Source: Octopus vulgaris | Lineage: Eukaryota | Length of the DNA: 64,000 nt | Assembly: GCA_951406725.2 (NCBI GenBank) | Contig: OX597838.1 | Coordinates: forward strand, 26,722,001 to 26,786,000 | Direction: 5' to 3' | Shown here: one piece after another, positions 24,869 through 37,935 of the stretch | How the letters are laid out: each line of letters opens with the position of its first letter | Numbering within the stretch: the stretch's first letter is position 1 | Notes under the pieces: model-generated | The model's database searches: none | What the model saw: the letters and a program-made list of their open reading frames with translations, nothing else | What the model was told of the DNA's origin: nothing | Program-made: the position numbers and the translations under genes

Positions 24869-25159
24869 ATACTTTATAATTAGGGTTCAGCAACGATTTG
24901 CCTTACCACATACCAAAGTTTAGAAATAGCAGCCAAAAAACCTTAGCTATTTCTTCTACTTTAAAAAGGGACTCCTAGAAAAACCAAAATACTTGAAAAC
25001 GATCCACGCAGGCAGAGTGCGTGGATCATTTTCAAGTATTTTGGTTTTTCTAGGAGTCCCTTTTTAAAGTAGAAGAAATAGCTAAGGTTTTTTGGCTGCT
25101 ATTTCTAAACTTTGGTATGTGGTAAAGCAAATCGTTGCTGAACCCTAATTATAAAGTAT
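24869..25159. repeat. Long inverted repeat with 142-bp arms and 7-nt loop (probable Penelope-like inverted pLTR)
   Basis: Arm 24869-25010 is the reverse complement of 25018-25159 with only 2 mismatches seen. The loop is GGCAGAG. Confidence 0.95.
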
Positions 25160-25689
25160 TACTTAAGTTTACCATGAATTGGTCCTTTTTCATGCCGAAT
25201 TCTACTTGGTGAAATTATTGATTACTTCTTAATTAATTAATTTTACCCTTTGTTATAATTGATAATAGAATTTTCTCCCCCACACACACACACATATATA
25301 TATATATGCACATATATAGATACACACATGCACATAGATACATACACATACATAAATACACACACACAAAATTATAAATGTTCACTATATACATACACAC
25401 TCACACATACATGTACAGAGAGAGAGAGAGAGAGAGAGGGAGAAACAGAACTGGTAAACTCTCCTCACAGACACAGAGCTAGGCAGTATTCAGTTATGTC
25501 CCTTTAAATTCTTTGCTCAAAGTCTGCAGATGTCAACATCGCTCTCTTATCTCCCCCTGAAGCTAATAAAATAAAACAATAACAAAAATACCAATGAAAT
25601 AATGAGGGGATATATTTAATGCACTCTTCTCTCCCCTAAAATTCGTGACATCATACATATATGTCACAAGCAGTAACACCACCACCACC

Positions 25690-25722
<33 letters not shown>

Positions 25723-25873
25723 TTTGTATCCCATGTATATTCTTGTCTCATCTCCACCCCTCCTCTCTCTTTCTTCCCCTCATCTTTTTTGTCAATCTCC
25801 AAAACAAAGCATAAACTGTCCTTGTAACGGCTCCTTCACTCAATGCCCTTGTGGCAAATAAAAATCATCATCA

Positions 25874-25907
<34 letters not shown>

Positions 25908-25909
<2 letters not shown>

Positions 25910-26091
25910 GGTGAAGAGCTCATAGAATCATTGGCGCGCAGAACAAAATGCTTAGTGGAATTTCATCCATCATTACATTTGGAGCTCATATTCTGCCGAG
26001 GTTGACTTGGCCCTTTCATCCTTTAGGGATTCATGTAACTGACAAGTCCCTCCCCATTGAATTTCAGCCTTTGCATCTATAGCAGAAAGGA

Positions 26092-26123
<32 letters not shown>

Positions 26124-26730
26124 GAGGTGGTGAGCTGGCAGAATTGTTAGCGCGCTGGGCAAAATGCTTAGCAGTATTTAGTCTGTCTTTACCGAGTTCA
26201 AATTCCACCGGAGTTGACTTTGCCTTTCATCTTTTCAGCAGGGGTCAATAAAGTAAGTATCAGTTGAGAGCTGGAGGATGACATAATTGACTTGTGCCTT
26301 ATTCAAAATTGCTGGCCTTGTGCCAAAATTTGAAATCATTATTATTATTATTATTATTATTGTCTTTACTGTTTATAAAGGTGGTGAGGTGGCAGAATCA
26401 TTAGCACCTTGGGTGAAATGCTTAGTGGTATTTTGTCTGCCTCTGCGTTCTGAGTTCAAATTCCACTAAGGTCGGCTTTGTCTTTCATCCTTTTGGGGGT
26501 CGGTAAATTAATTACCAGGGAAACACTGGGTTGATGTAATCGACTGTCCCCCTCCCCACAAAATCCAAGCCTTGTGTTTATAGTAGAAAGGATTATTATT
26601 ATTTTTATTATTATTATCATTATTAATATAACTGGTGATGCTTGATAGAATTTGTTAGGGTATGAGATAAAATGCCTCGTAGTATTTAGTTACATTCCTT
26701 TTCATTCCGAGTTCAAATCCTGTCAAAGTT
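25908..26730 (+). mobile_element. Head-to-tail array of ~4 SINE B copies joined by (TTA)n
   Basis: Repeated GGTGAGCTGGCAGAAT...GAGTTCAAATTC...AGAAAGGATTATTATT units. Confidence 0.85.
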
Positions 26731-27373
26731 AAACGAAAAAAAAAAAACCCTGTGATTTAATTGATCATTGGCTGCTTTTTCTAGCTGATCAATTGACCAT
26801 AAGGTTAAAGGAAAAAAAAACCCTGTGATTTGATTGATCATTGGCTGCTATTTCTAGCTGATCAATAGACCATGAAAAGGTTCCTTTGTAGTTGTGATTG
26901 TTTAGTCCCTACCCCTACCTACTCCCTGATAGCTTTGATCACGCAGAGGAGGTACGTTAGAAGATGCTGCAACTATAAAGTATTCCGGTTTGTCCGTCAT
27001 GTCTACGCCGTTCGATGGTGTCCTTCGCGTTTTCTGGAGGGTTTAAACATGCTATGTTGCGTGACACAATGATCTGATGTAGATTTAGCTGCTGTTTAAA
27101 GCATCTCAAGCAAGCGCAGTGAGGCTCCCTTTCTAGTGCACGACTGTTTTAGTACGCATGTGTGTGTGCGTGTGTCTATGTAAACGTGCGCAGAGGGAGA
27201 TATTTATTGTAATCGCAGGTAATGTTATCAGCCAGTTATTATTATTAAAATCAGTTGATTTCAAAACTCTTTATTTGCTTAATGTTATCAGTTGGTGTTA
27301 TTGCAAGGGTCATGTTCGAAAGCCTGCGATCAAAATAAACAGTTCCACTGTGTGTGTGTATGGATGGATGGAT

Positions 27374-27430
<57 letters not shown>

Positions 27431-27522
27431 GATACACATGTATACTCCCATACATATACATACATCTGTACACATACATATACATCCATACATGTTTACA
27501 TAGATACGTGTATGTACATCCC

Positions 27523-27569
<47 letters not shown>

Positions 27570-28479
27570 TTACATATGCTTATGTACATACATATACATA
27601 CACACACACAGACATGCATATATTCATACAAACATATGCATACATATATACAAACATATGAATGCATATATATACACACACATGCATACATACGTACACA
27701 TACACATGCATACATACATACGCATACACACATACATACATGCATACGCACATATACGCATACCTACACACACGCCAACCTTAAATTATATAATTTTTTC
27801 AATTAGTTTCTGTATTATTCAAAACCAACTTCTCAGACAAAAACCAAACAAAACTCACACACACATACAACACCCCGCTATCTCCCACTCTTTCTTCCTC
27901 TTTCTCTTTCTCTCTCTCTCTCTCACATGCACACACGCACACGCATGCACTATTACCTCCCATTTTCTCTCTCTCTCTCCGTTCCAGTTTTTATCCTTCA
28001 CTCGTGCATGAATGATTGTGTAAGCGACATCAGACCCATTGTCGTGATGTGATTGTGTAGATACATAATTGGTGTCGCTTCCATTGAGAACAGACCAATG
28101 TTATGTAATCCACCCTGTGTGTAACAGACTAGCAGATTTGTGCAGCTATTTCTAGCAAATTCAGCAACCACACAGCAGCTTCCGCGCTGTTCTGAAAGAT
28201 GCCGCAATGGTAGAAGCGACAGAGTACAAAACAGAATACCTCGCAGCGTTTAGGTAGTTCGCTATTTGTTACTGGGCTGGGGTTCCAATCCCCACCGAGG
28301 TTGAATATAGTGTTCATCTTCCGTAGGGGTCAATAAACTGGAATACCAGTCAAGAACTGCAGGTCGTTGTAATAAACTAACCACCCATCTCCCCCTCAAA
28401 ATTGTTGGCCTTGAACCAATAGTTGAAACCATTATTACTATTATTATTATCATCATTATTATTATTATTATTATTATTA

Positions 28480-29007
28480 ATGTGGCGAGCTGGCAGAATC
28501 GTTAGCATGCCGGACAAAATGCTTAGCAGCATTTTGGTCTTTCTTTAACGTTCTGAGTTCAAATTCTGCAATGGTCGACTTTGCCTTTTATCTTTCTGGG
28601 GTCGATAGATTAAATACCAATGTAATTGACTAGTTCCTTCCCACCAAATTTCAGGCATTGTGCCTGCAGTAGAAAGGATCATTGTTATTATTATTATTAT
28701 TATCATTATTATTAAATTCTGTCGAGTTCAACTTAGCCTTTCATCATTTTGGGGTTGACAGAATAAGTACCAGTAAAACACTGGGGATCAATGCAATCGA
28801 CACATTCCAACCTCCCCAGCTGCCCTTGTGGCGAAAATTTGAAATAATAATAATAATAATAATAAATTATTATTATTATTATTATTACAGCAGCGAGCTG
28901 GCAGAATCATTACCACACCAGGCAAAATGCTTAGCAGTATTTCATCTGCTGCTATGTTCTGAGTTCAAATTCTGCCAAGGTTAACTTTGCCTTTCATCCT
29001 TTCAGGG
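28480..29007 (+). mobile_element. SINE B array (3 copies, partial)
   Basis: Same motifs as the other B copies, separated by (TTA)n. Confidence 0.85.
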
Positions 29008-29220
29008 TCAATGTTCTACCTGTATTGCAGCCCCTATTTGTTCTACGTACTTCTCAAGATTTTCATTCACTGTTCCCAGGGCTCCGACAATTATTGGTAC
29101 TACTACCACCTTTTTCATCAACCACAACTGCTTTACCTCCCAAGCTAACCTGTCATACCTATCGACTTTTCTTTCTTCCTTATCGCATACCTTGTTGTCA
29201 GTTGGGCATGCTATATCTAT
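29008..29220 (-). mobile_element. R4/Dong-clade non-LTR retrotransposon fragment (restriction-like endonuclease region)
   Basis: IDIACPTDNKVCDKEERKVDRYDRLAWEVKQLW...VVPIIVGALG matches the RLE pattern ID.A.P.D...KE..K..KY..L..E...LW...VP.++GALG. Abuts (TAA)n. Confidence 0.85.
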
Positions 29221-30470
29221 TATTATTATTACTATTATTATCATTTTATCATCATTACTGCTCTTAATATGAATGGTTTTTCTGTCTTAATAGTGTGTGT
29301 GTGTGTGTGTGATTAGTTGTTATTGTGGACCCTAAAGATATTCCAGTTATGACCATCCTGCTTTTTCTTTTCAATATAAGTACACTTTGGACCACATTAG
29401 TTTTTTGTTTTTTAAATATTAAATGGCACAGAATGTGGCCTGAGGAAGATTTGGTTGCTATTTCTAGTAGGACAGGCAACTAGAGTCTCCTGCATTAGTT
29501 TATATATAAAGCCTCCAAGAAAGAATTGGCAAAGTGGAATAAAACTACTTTTGAAATGGGGATGGGTTGCCTCTCAAAATACAAGGGTTTGGAACTTTTG
29601 TTTTTTGTTTTTTTTTCTCCATCATAATCATCACCATCATCACTATTAATTCTATTAGTGGTGAGAACCACCACCACTGCCACCATCATCACCACCACCA
29701 CCACCACTGCCACTATCATCACCATCACCACTGCCACCATTACTCGTGTTGTTGTTTAAGCTTAAGTCAGCTTTAATCAAGCAGACTCATAATCAAAGGT
29801 ATTCCAGCCATGACCAACCCCATTTATTTGTTGTATACGATAGAGTTATTTGTTCCAAATGTGTGTAAATGTATCCTTTTATTTAAGACAGTACAATGTT
29901 ATCTTGAGAGAGATGTGTCTGCTGCTATTTCTAGCAAACTGAGCAACCATGTAGAGGATCCATCGCCCTCCAACCCCCCCCCCCCCCCCGCCACTGTTAG
30001 CTTTGTCATCACCGTTGTCATCACCTGTCATCATCACTCCGGCTGGCAATTACAAGAATAGGTGATGACGATGATGACGATGCTGATGATGATTACCTTT
30101 AATCATAAATTATATAAACAATCGTTATCATCATCATGATAAATCATATCAGCATGGAAAAATAACACACCACCAATCAAAATGTTGATAAACTTAAGTG
30201 GTAGGTGGGGTGGGGTGGGGTGGGGTTAATGAGGAGATAATGTTAATTTTGGAGTATAGAGAGTGTGGTGGTGGTGGTGGTTAAGCTGATATTGGGGTGC
30301 AGGTCATAGTATATGCAGATCTAACATATTTATATATGTTTATATTATATATGTAGTCATATAGTCACACACACACACACCCACACACACACACACACCC
30401 ACCCACATGTATTTATACACACACAGATACATATAAAAATGTGTGTATATTGTATGTATGTATGAATTTA

Positions 30471-30675
30471 TTTACTCTTTTACTTGTTTCAGTCATTAGA
30501 CTGCGGCCATGCTGGAGCACCGCCTTTAGTCAAGCAAATCGACCCCGGGACTTATTCTTTGTAAGCCCAGTACTTAATCTATCGGTCTCTTTTGCCAAAC
30601 CGCTAAGTGACGGGGACATAAACACACCAGCATCGGTTGTCAAGCAATGCTAGGGGGACAAACACAGACACACAA

Positions 30676-30712
<37 letters not shown>

Positions 30713-30883
30713 CATATATACGATGGGCTTCTTTCAGTTTCCGTCTACCAAATCCACTCACAAGGCTTTGGTCGGCCCGAGGCTATAGTAGAAGACACTT
30801 GCCCAAGGTGCCACGCAGTGGGACTGAACCCGGAACCATGTGGTTGGTAAGCAAGCTACTTACCACACAGCCACTCCTGCGCC
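30471..30883 (-). mobile_element. SINE family A, full length
   Basis: Head ...CCACTCCTGCGCC at 30883 and tail TTTACTCTTTTACTTG at 30471. Confidence 0.92.
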
Positions 30884-31774
30884 TATGTATCTATGTATGT
30901 TAAGTAAGAATGTTTTAATGCTTTTTTTTTTACATCAGAATTTTAAGAAAACCAATTTCACAGTAAACTGAAAAATTACTCAGTACTTTTTTAGTAGAGT
31001 ACATGTTTAATAAACTTTTACAGTGGAAAGAGTAACAGTGACTTTGAAGTTTTGACTGGCTTGCTTTCATCAGACTACACACACACACACACACGTGCAC
31101 ACGCATGCACTGTCAGTACCATTCTTGCTAAAGAATAATATATATATATATACACACGCACACACATATATATACATACACACATACACACATATATACA
31201 CACACACACACACACACATATATACACATACACACATACACACACATATACACATATGCACATACACACATACATATACACGTGCACACACACATATATA
31301 CACATACATATATACACACACATACACACATATATATACACATACATATATACACACACATACACACACATATATACACACACATACACACACATATATA
31401 TATACACATACACACATATATATACACACACACGTATACACACATACACACATATATACACATATGCACACACACACACACACATATATATATACATACA
31501 CATATTGGGTTCGTTCATAATTACTGCGGCTTTATTTCAACAAATTTTATTCAACAAAAACAATAACAATATTTAACAAAAACATCTTTACATGACAGTC
31601 TGACCCATCTGCCAAGCAAATGGGATGCAGTAATTGAAGTAGATGGTGAATATGCTCCGGAATAATCTTTTAAAAGATGTTTTTGTTACATGTTTGTTAT
31701 TGTTTTTGTTGAATAAAATTTGTTGTAAAAAAAGCTGCAATAATTATTGCACCAACCCAATACATCAACTTCCA

Positions 31775-32403
31775 GTGCTCATCTGGTCCTTTATCGATCC
31801 TGAAGGGAAGAAAGACAAAGTCGACCATGGTGGAATTTGAACTCAGAACGTAAAGATGGATGGAATACTGCTAAACATTTCACCTGGTGTGCAAACGATT
31901 CTGCCAGCTCGCTGCCATAATAATAATAATGATAATAATAGTAATAATAATAATCCTTTCTTTTATAGGTACAAGGCCTGGAATTCATGAGTAGTGGGAT
32001 AATTGATCACATCAACCCCAGTCCTTGACTGGTATTTAATTTATTGACCCTGAAAGGATGAAAGGCAAAGTTGACCTCGGCCGAATTTGAACTCAGAATG
32101 TAGCGATAGGTGAAATGCCACTAAGCATTTTGCCTGGTGTGCAAACGATTCTGCCACCTCATCGCCTTAATAATAATAATAATAGTGGTTTCAAATCTTG
32201 GCAGAAGGCTGGCAGTTTGGTGGGTAGGGCCAAGTTGATTACAGTGACCCCCCCCCAATGCTCAGTTAGTGCTTATTTTATTGACCACGAAAGGACGAAA
32301 GGCAAAGTCGACCTTGGCAGAATTTGAACTCAGAACACAAAAATGGACAAAATGCCTCCAAACATTTTGCCTGGCATGCTAACGATTCTGCCAGATCGCC
32401 GCT
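31775..32403 (-). mobile_element. SINE B array (3 copies)
   Basis: Tandem reverse-complement B units with (AAT)n spacers. Confidence 0.85.
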
Positions 32404-34679
32404 TTATAACAACAACAACAATAATAATAATAATAATAATGATAATAATAATCATAATAATAATAATGACTGAATTCCAAATATCTATTTCCAATGAATG
32501 TCATATGCAGGGTGAAAAAAGAGAAACGAGGAATAGGGGGGGGGGGCTACAGAGTGCTAACAGGCCCCAAATTTTGCATTTTATCAACATGAGGTCTTCA
32601 AATAGTGTTACCTTTAAGACCCAAAGGAATTACCTAAGGGGGGGGGGGGATGGGGATGGCGGTGGTGGTGAAGGTGAGGAATGAGAAGGAGAAATAAAAT
32701 GTGTCTTCTTTCTCGCTGTTATTAGTAAATCACAAAGAATGAAGCTATTTTTAGGGATAAAGAATAACAAAAGGAGGAGGAGGAGATCAGAGTGATGGAT
32801 GGATATATACACATACATACATACATACATAACAGATGCATGCATATATAAAATCACACATACACCGACATAATACACACATATATACATACATATATAA
32901 CATAGATGCATACAGACATAAACACATACACCTACATAAATACACACGCATATCTCTAAATACACAGACACATATATAAATACATGCAAACGTAAACACA
33001 AATGTGCAGATACATATATATATATATATATATATATACACTTACACATACACACACATCCATATACACATGGATACATACACACATGCACACACATACA
33101 CACATACATACACAAACACACACACATATATACACACACACATACACACACACATACATACACACACACATACATACATACACATACACACACATACACA
33201 CACACACACATACGTACGTATGCACGTACATACCTACACATATACGTACGTACATACATACATACATACACATATACGTACGTACATACATACATACATA
33301 CACATATACGTACGTACATACATACATACATACACATATACGTACGTACATACATACATACATACACATATATATACGTACGTACATACATACATACACA
33401 TATATATATACGTACGTACATACATACATACATACATACACATATATACATACATACATACATACATACATACTTACAGCTCACAAAAGAACCCCTAATT
33501 TGTAGCCCTGATTTGTACATGAGTCACCTGTTTGTAGACTCAGTTGGTGAAATAGAAGCGTTGTTTGAAGTGCTTGTGAAAACATCTAACTAGTAAATTG
33601 GGAAGGGCTGGGACCAGGGGGTAGGGAATAGACGGCAGGGAGAGATTGCAGGCGGGTGCACAGACAGCTGGAGAGTGAACGAAGGAGGCTGGCTCCCTTT
33701 AAACACACACACACACATGGAGACATCCTTATATGTTGTTAAAGCATGGCTTTGTGCTTACCACGTGCACATGTAGAAACATGCCCACATAAACACACAC
33801 ACACACGCTAAGACATGTGTACACAAATGCACACACACACACTCATGAATATGTGCACACAAACACACAAGCAAACATGCATAGTAACATACACACACAC
33901 ACGTACACACGTACACAAACATACTCACAAACATGCATATTAACATACATTCACACATGTGTATACAAACACACAAATATGTTAACAACACACAATACAC
34001 TCTTTCTTTCTTTCTTTCTTTCACACACACATTAACACATGCACACACACTCATATATATATATAAGCAAACACATAATAATTCACAAACTCGCACAAGT
34101 GTACGCAAACACATTGTAAGACACAGACATATACACATGTAGACAGACACACATAGTAACACACACAAACATGCAAACTTACACACACACACACAGACAC
34201 ACACACACACACACACACACAAACAGGCCAACATTGTCCCCTGATCAAAAGAGAAACTGGAGCAATGTGAAATGAAGTGTCTTGCTCAAGGACTCAGCAT
34301 GCTGCTCAATCAGGGAATCAAACCCATGATCTAGCCATCGTAAGTGCAAAAGCCTAACCACTCAGCCATCCTCCTTCAGAGGGACAAATACTAAATGATA
34401 ATTCTTCGCATCAGCAGGAATCTCTAATTTCTCATATTACTAGGGTCAAATAAATTTGGACTTTGAAGAAAACAGTGACGATCTGTGTCAGAAATTAGTC
34501 CAGGGGTCAGCACATTTCTTACCTCATTGACCTTCACATGGAAGCGCTGGTAACTTATTACCATCACGCAAATTTCGAAAATAACTATTAAAAAGTGTAG
34601 TTGTTAAAATATTTCTTGATTTAAAAACAATTCTTTTGTCCATTTGTGTTATTACTGTTTTTTAAACAAATATATTTAA

Positions 34680-35834
34680 CCCTTTTAATATGAAACTGGC
34701 TCTGGCTCTGAGTACAAATGTCTTGTTTTCATAAGTTTCGAATTAAAATCTTCCACCAAACCTTAGTCACAATTTATGTTCCTAACACTAGCTTAATTAT
34801 AACGAAGCTATTTTACTAAATTCTTTGTTATATTTAAAGCAATTGAAAGAAACACAGAGCATCTCAAAATAAATATAGTAACAAAAAGATTAACATCACC
34901 ATGATATTTTTAACCCATTTGATACCAACCCAGCTGAAACCGGCTCTGGCTCTGAGTACAAATGTCTTGTTTTCATAAGTTGCGAATTAAAATCTTCCAC
35001 CAAATCTTAGTCACAATTTATGTTCCTAACACTAGCTGAATGATAACTAAGTTATTTTATTAAATTCTTTGTTATATTTAAAGCAATTGAAAGAAACACA
35101 GAGCATCTCAAAATAAATAGAGTAACGAAATGGATAAAGTAATTTCATGAAAATGTGTAACAAATTTGATAAAAAAACAAACAAAACTCAGTCCTATTAT
35201 TATATTGATATTACTGAATATTTAATGTGAAAAATGTGTTTAATGAATGTTAGTTATTGCACTGAGACTTGGCTGGAAATTAGTGAGCTTTAGGCTTAAA
35301 ATACCATCTCTTCCAGGATTTAGTTTACTAATAATTCAGCATCCTTAACCCTTTCGTTACCAACCAGGCTGAAATCGCCTCTGGCTCTTTAGTACAAATA
35401 TCTTGTTTTCATAAGTTTTGAATTAAAATCTTCCACCAAACCTTAGTCACAATTCATGTTCTTAACACTAGCTGAATGATAACTAAGTTATTTTACTAAA
35501 TTCTTTGTCATCATCATCATCATCATCATCATCGTCGTTTAACGTCCGCTTTCCATGCTGGCATGGGTTGGACGATTTGACTGAGGTCTGGTGAACCAGA
35601 TGGCTGCACCAGGCTCCAATCTGATCTGGCAGAGCTTCTACAGCTGGGTGCCCTTCCTAACGCCAACCACTCCGAGAGTGTAGTGGGTGCTTTTACGTTC
35701 CACTGGTACGAGGGCCAGTCAGACGGTACTGGCAACAGCCACGCTCAAATGGTGTTTTTTTACGTGCCACCTGCACAGGTGCCAGTCCAGCGGCACTGGC
35801 AATGACCTCGCCCATAAATACAGTAATGAAAGGG
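34680..35834 (-). mobile_element. Three TTAA MITE family 2 copies (34680-34889, 34914-35133, 35349-35834); the third contains an RTE 3' fragment
   Basis: Each begins TTAA|CCC(T/A)TTT and is the reverse complement of 19454-19675. An RTE UTR (35509-35812) replaces ~40 bp of the third copy. Confidence 0.85.
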
Positions 35835-36114
35835 TTAAAAGCACAAAATCATTTGAAGTGTTTATTGATCCACATAGACCCACAAGGGACCAATACCAAC
35901 CACTTTACTGATCCCTGAATTAGTCAAAGAAGGATCTGAAAGATATGTTAAGGGACATAACTAAATCCCACAAGGCACTTTGTCCAAGACCCTAGTAATT
36001 CTACCAATCCATCTTAGATAATAAATTATTATTAAATGAAATAAAATGGAGGTGATTTAGTAAAGATGGTTTGCTGTGGGGACATCTTGCAGTATTTGTT
36101 CTGACGCATGTTTT

Positions 36115-37130
36115 TTAAAGGCTTGAGGCCACTGTAAGCAAAAGGGGCAACAAGGAAGGAGAAGAAAAGGTCTACAAAGTCAAAAGATGTCAATTGACAG
36201 AAAGCTTAAAGGACTGATTATCATAGATAGACCAGAAGAAAACAAGACGATGGCTGTGAGTTCCAGAGAGTTTAAGGAAAGAAGCTATTGGAATAAAAGC
36301 ACTTATGACTAAGAGGAACGATGTGGCTGGGAAGAGAAGCAGGTGACACATTTTAAGGTCTTGGCAGACAATACAAAGATATGAAAGTTCATCAGAGCAG
36401 ACTGGAAATACTTATTAAAGAAACAAAATGAAGATACATTTTGATGATGAGCCAAAGACTCCAACCAAGTAGAAAGAAGAGTTTCCACCATGTTGATAAT
36501 TTGATTCTAAATTTGAAAAGAAAATGATGATAATGAGTTCCAGAGAGGAGCAGTTTGAGGAGAGAAGCTGTTAGGATAAAAGGATTTGTGATTACCAGAA
36601 AGCTCAACAGAGAAAAAAATGTGCCTGGAGAGAGAAGGGGAGGGCAGGAGGAGCCATTGAGGTAAGCATAGATAGGTGTGGAAAGGTGGGAAGGAGGTGA
36701 CCTCATATGCATCACCACCACCACCACCAACATTATCATCATTGACAGAAGATGATAGACAAGGAAGTTCATTAGAGCAATGACCATGGAGACGCTTATA
36801 GAAAAGACACAACAAAGATACATTTTGATGATGAGCCAAAGATGCCAAGTAGAAAGATAAGGACCCACCATGTTAACTCAAATCTGAATTTGAAAACAAG
36901 ATAATGGCAATGGGTTTCAGATATTGAGGAAAGACTTATGACTAACAGGAAGCTGAATTGAGAAATGATGTGCCTGGGAAGAGAAGCAATGGGTACAAGT
37001 CTAAAGGTCTTGACAGAGGGAAGTAGACCAGAAAGTTCATCAGATCAATGACCCAGGAAACGCTTAAAGAAAAAGACACACCAAACATACATTTCAACAA
37101 TGAACCAAAGATGCCAACTTAATGATTTCA
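36115..37130 (-). mobile_element. Tandemly triplicated, degenerate CR1/Jockey-group LINE 3' fragment
   Basis: Three units each encoding SLAHHQNVS(S/L).C.F.K.(F/L)HGHCSNEL, with FSPQTAPLWNSL-like C-terminal LINE motifs. Confidence 0.7.
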
Positions 37131-37213
37131 AATCCTGAGGTCAACTTTGCCTTTCATCCTTTCAAGGTTTGATATAAAAAAGCACCAATCCAAAGAGGTG
37201 GGTTAGCAGAAAT

Positions 37214-37505
37214 CATCATCATCATCATTGTTCGACCGTGGTCGATACAATGGAATTTACCATGCTACGCCAGACTTCACGGTCCATCATAGCATTACGG
37301 AGGTCCTGTTGTTGGATGCCTGTATCCCTGGAGATTACCTCAGGGTAGGAGAGTGTGCGCCCTCTGGTATTGCGAGTAGATGGCTTCCAGAGGAGAAGAG
37401 TAGAAATTGCCTTGTTTTCAGCTCTACAACAATGTCCAGCAAACTGGACTCTCCTACCTTTCACAAGAGATGACACAGGTGGTAGTTTCCCCAGGTGAGA
37501 TTCCT
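37214..37505 (-). mobile_element. RTE/RTEX-type LINE 3' end
   Basis: GKLPPVSSLVKGRRVQFAGHCCRA...LLLWKP...RGRTLSY...AMMDREVWRSMV followed by (GAT)n. Confidence 0.85.
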
Positions 37506-37566
37506 TGCAGAATCTGTTCTGGGTCTTTGTTTTTTGACAGTTACAGACACCATTGGTGCCAGGCCC

Positions 37567-37935
37567 AAGCTGTATTGAGCCCAAGTTAGATGCCCTTTCT
37601 CTTGGATGAAAATTGGTGGCATAGAAGGAAGAGTTGTACGCATGGGCAATGGGTAAGTGTTCCTTTAAAAAAATCTAGCCCTGGCTTGTGCATAAAAATT
37701 CCAGTCTTCAGACGAAAACTTATCTGGCCATATGGAAATATTGACCTTGAAGCTGTATTGGGCCCAAGTTAGACGCCCTTTCTCTTGGATGAAAATTGGT
37801 GGCATAGAGAAGGAAGAGTTGTACGCAAGGGCAATGGGTAAGTGTTCCTTTAAAAAAATCTAGCCCTGGCTTGTGCATAAAAATTCCAGTCTTCAGACGA
37901 AAACTTATCTGGCCATATGGCAATATTGACCTTGA
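37567..37935. repeat. Recent tandem duplication of ~184 bp
   Basis: AAGCTGTATTG(A/G)GCCCAAGTTAGA...ATATTGACCTTGAAG occurs at 37567 and 37750 with few differences. Confidence 0.9.
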
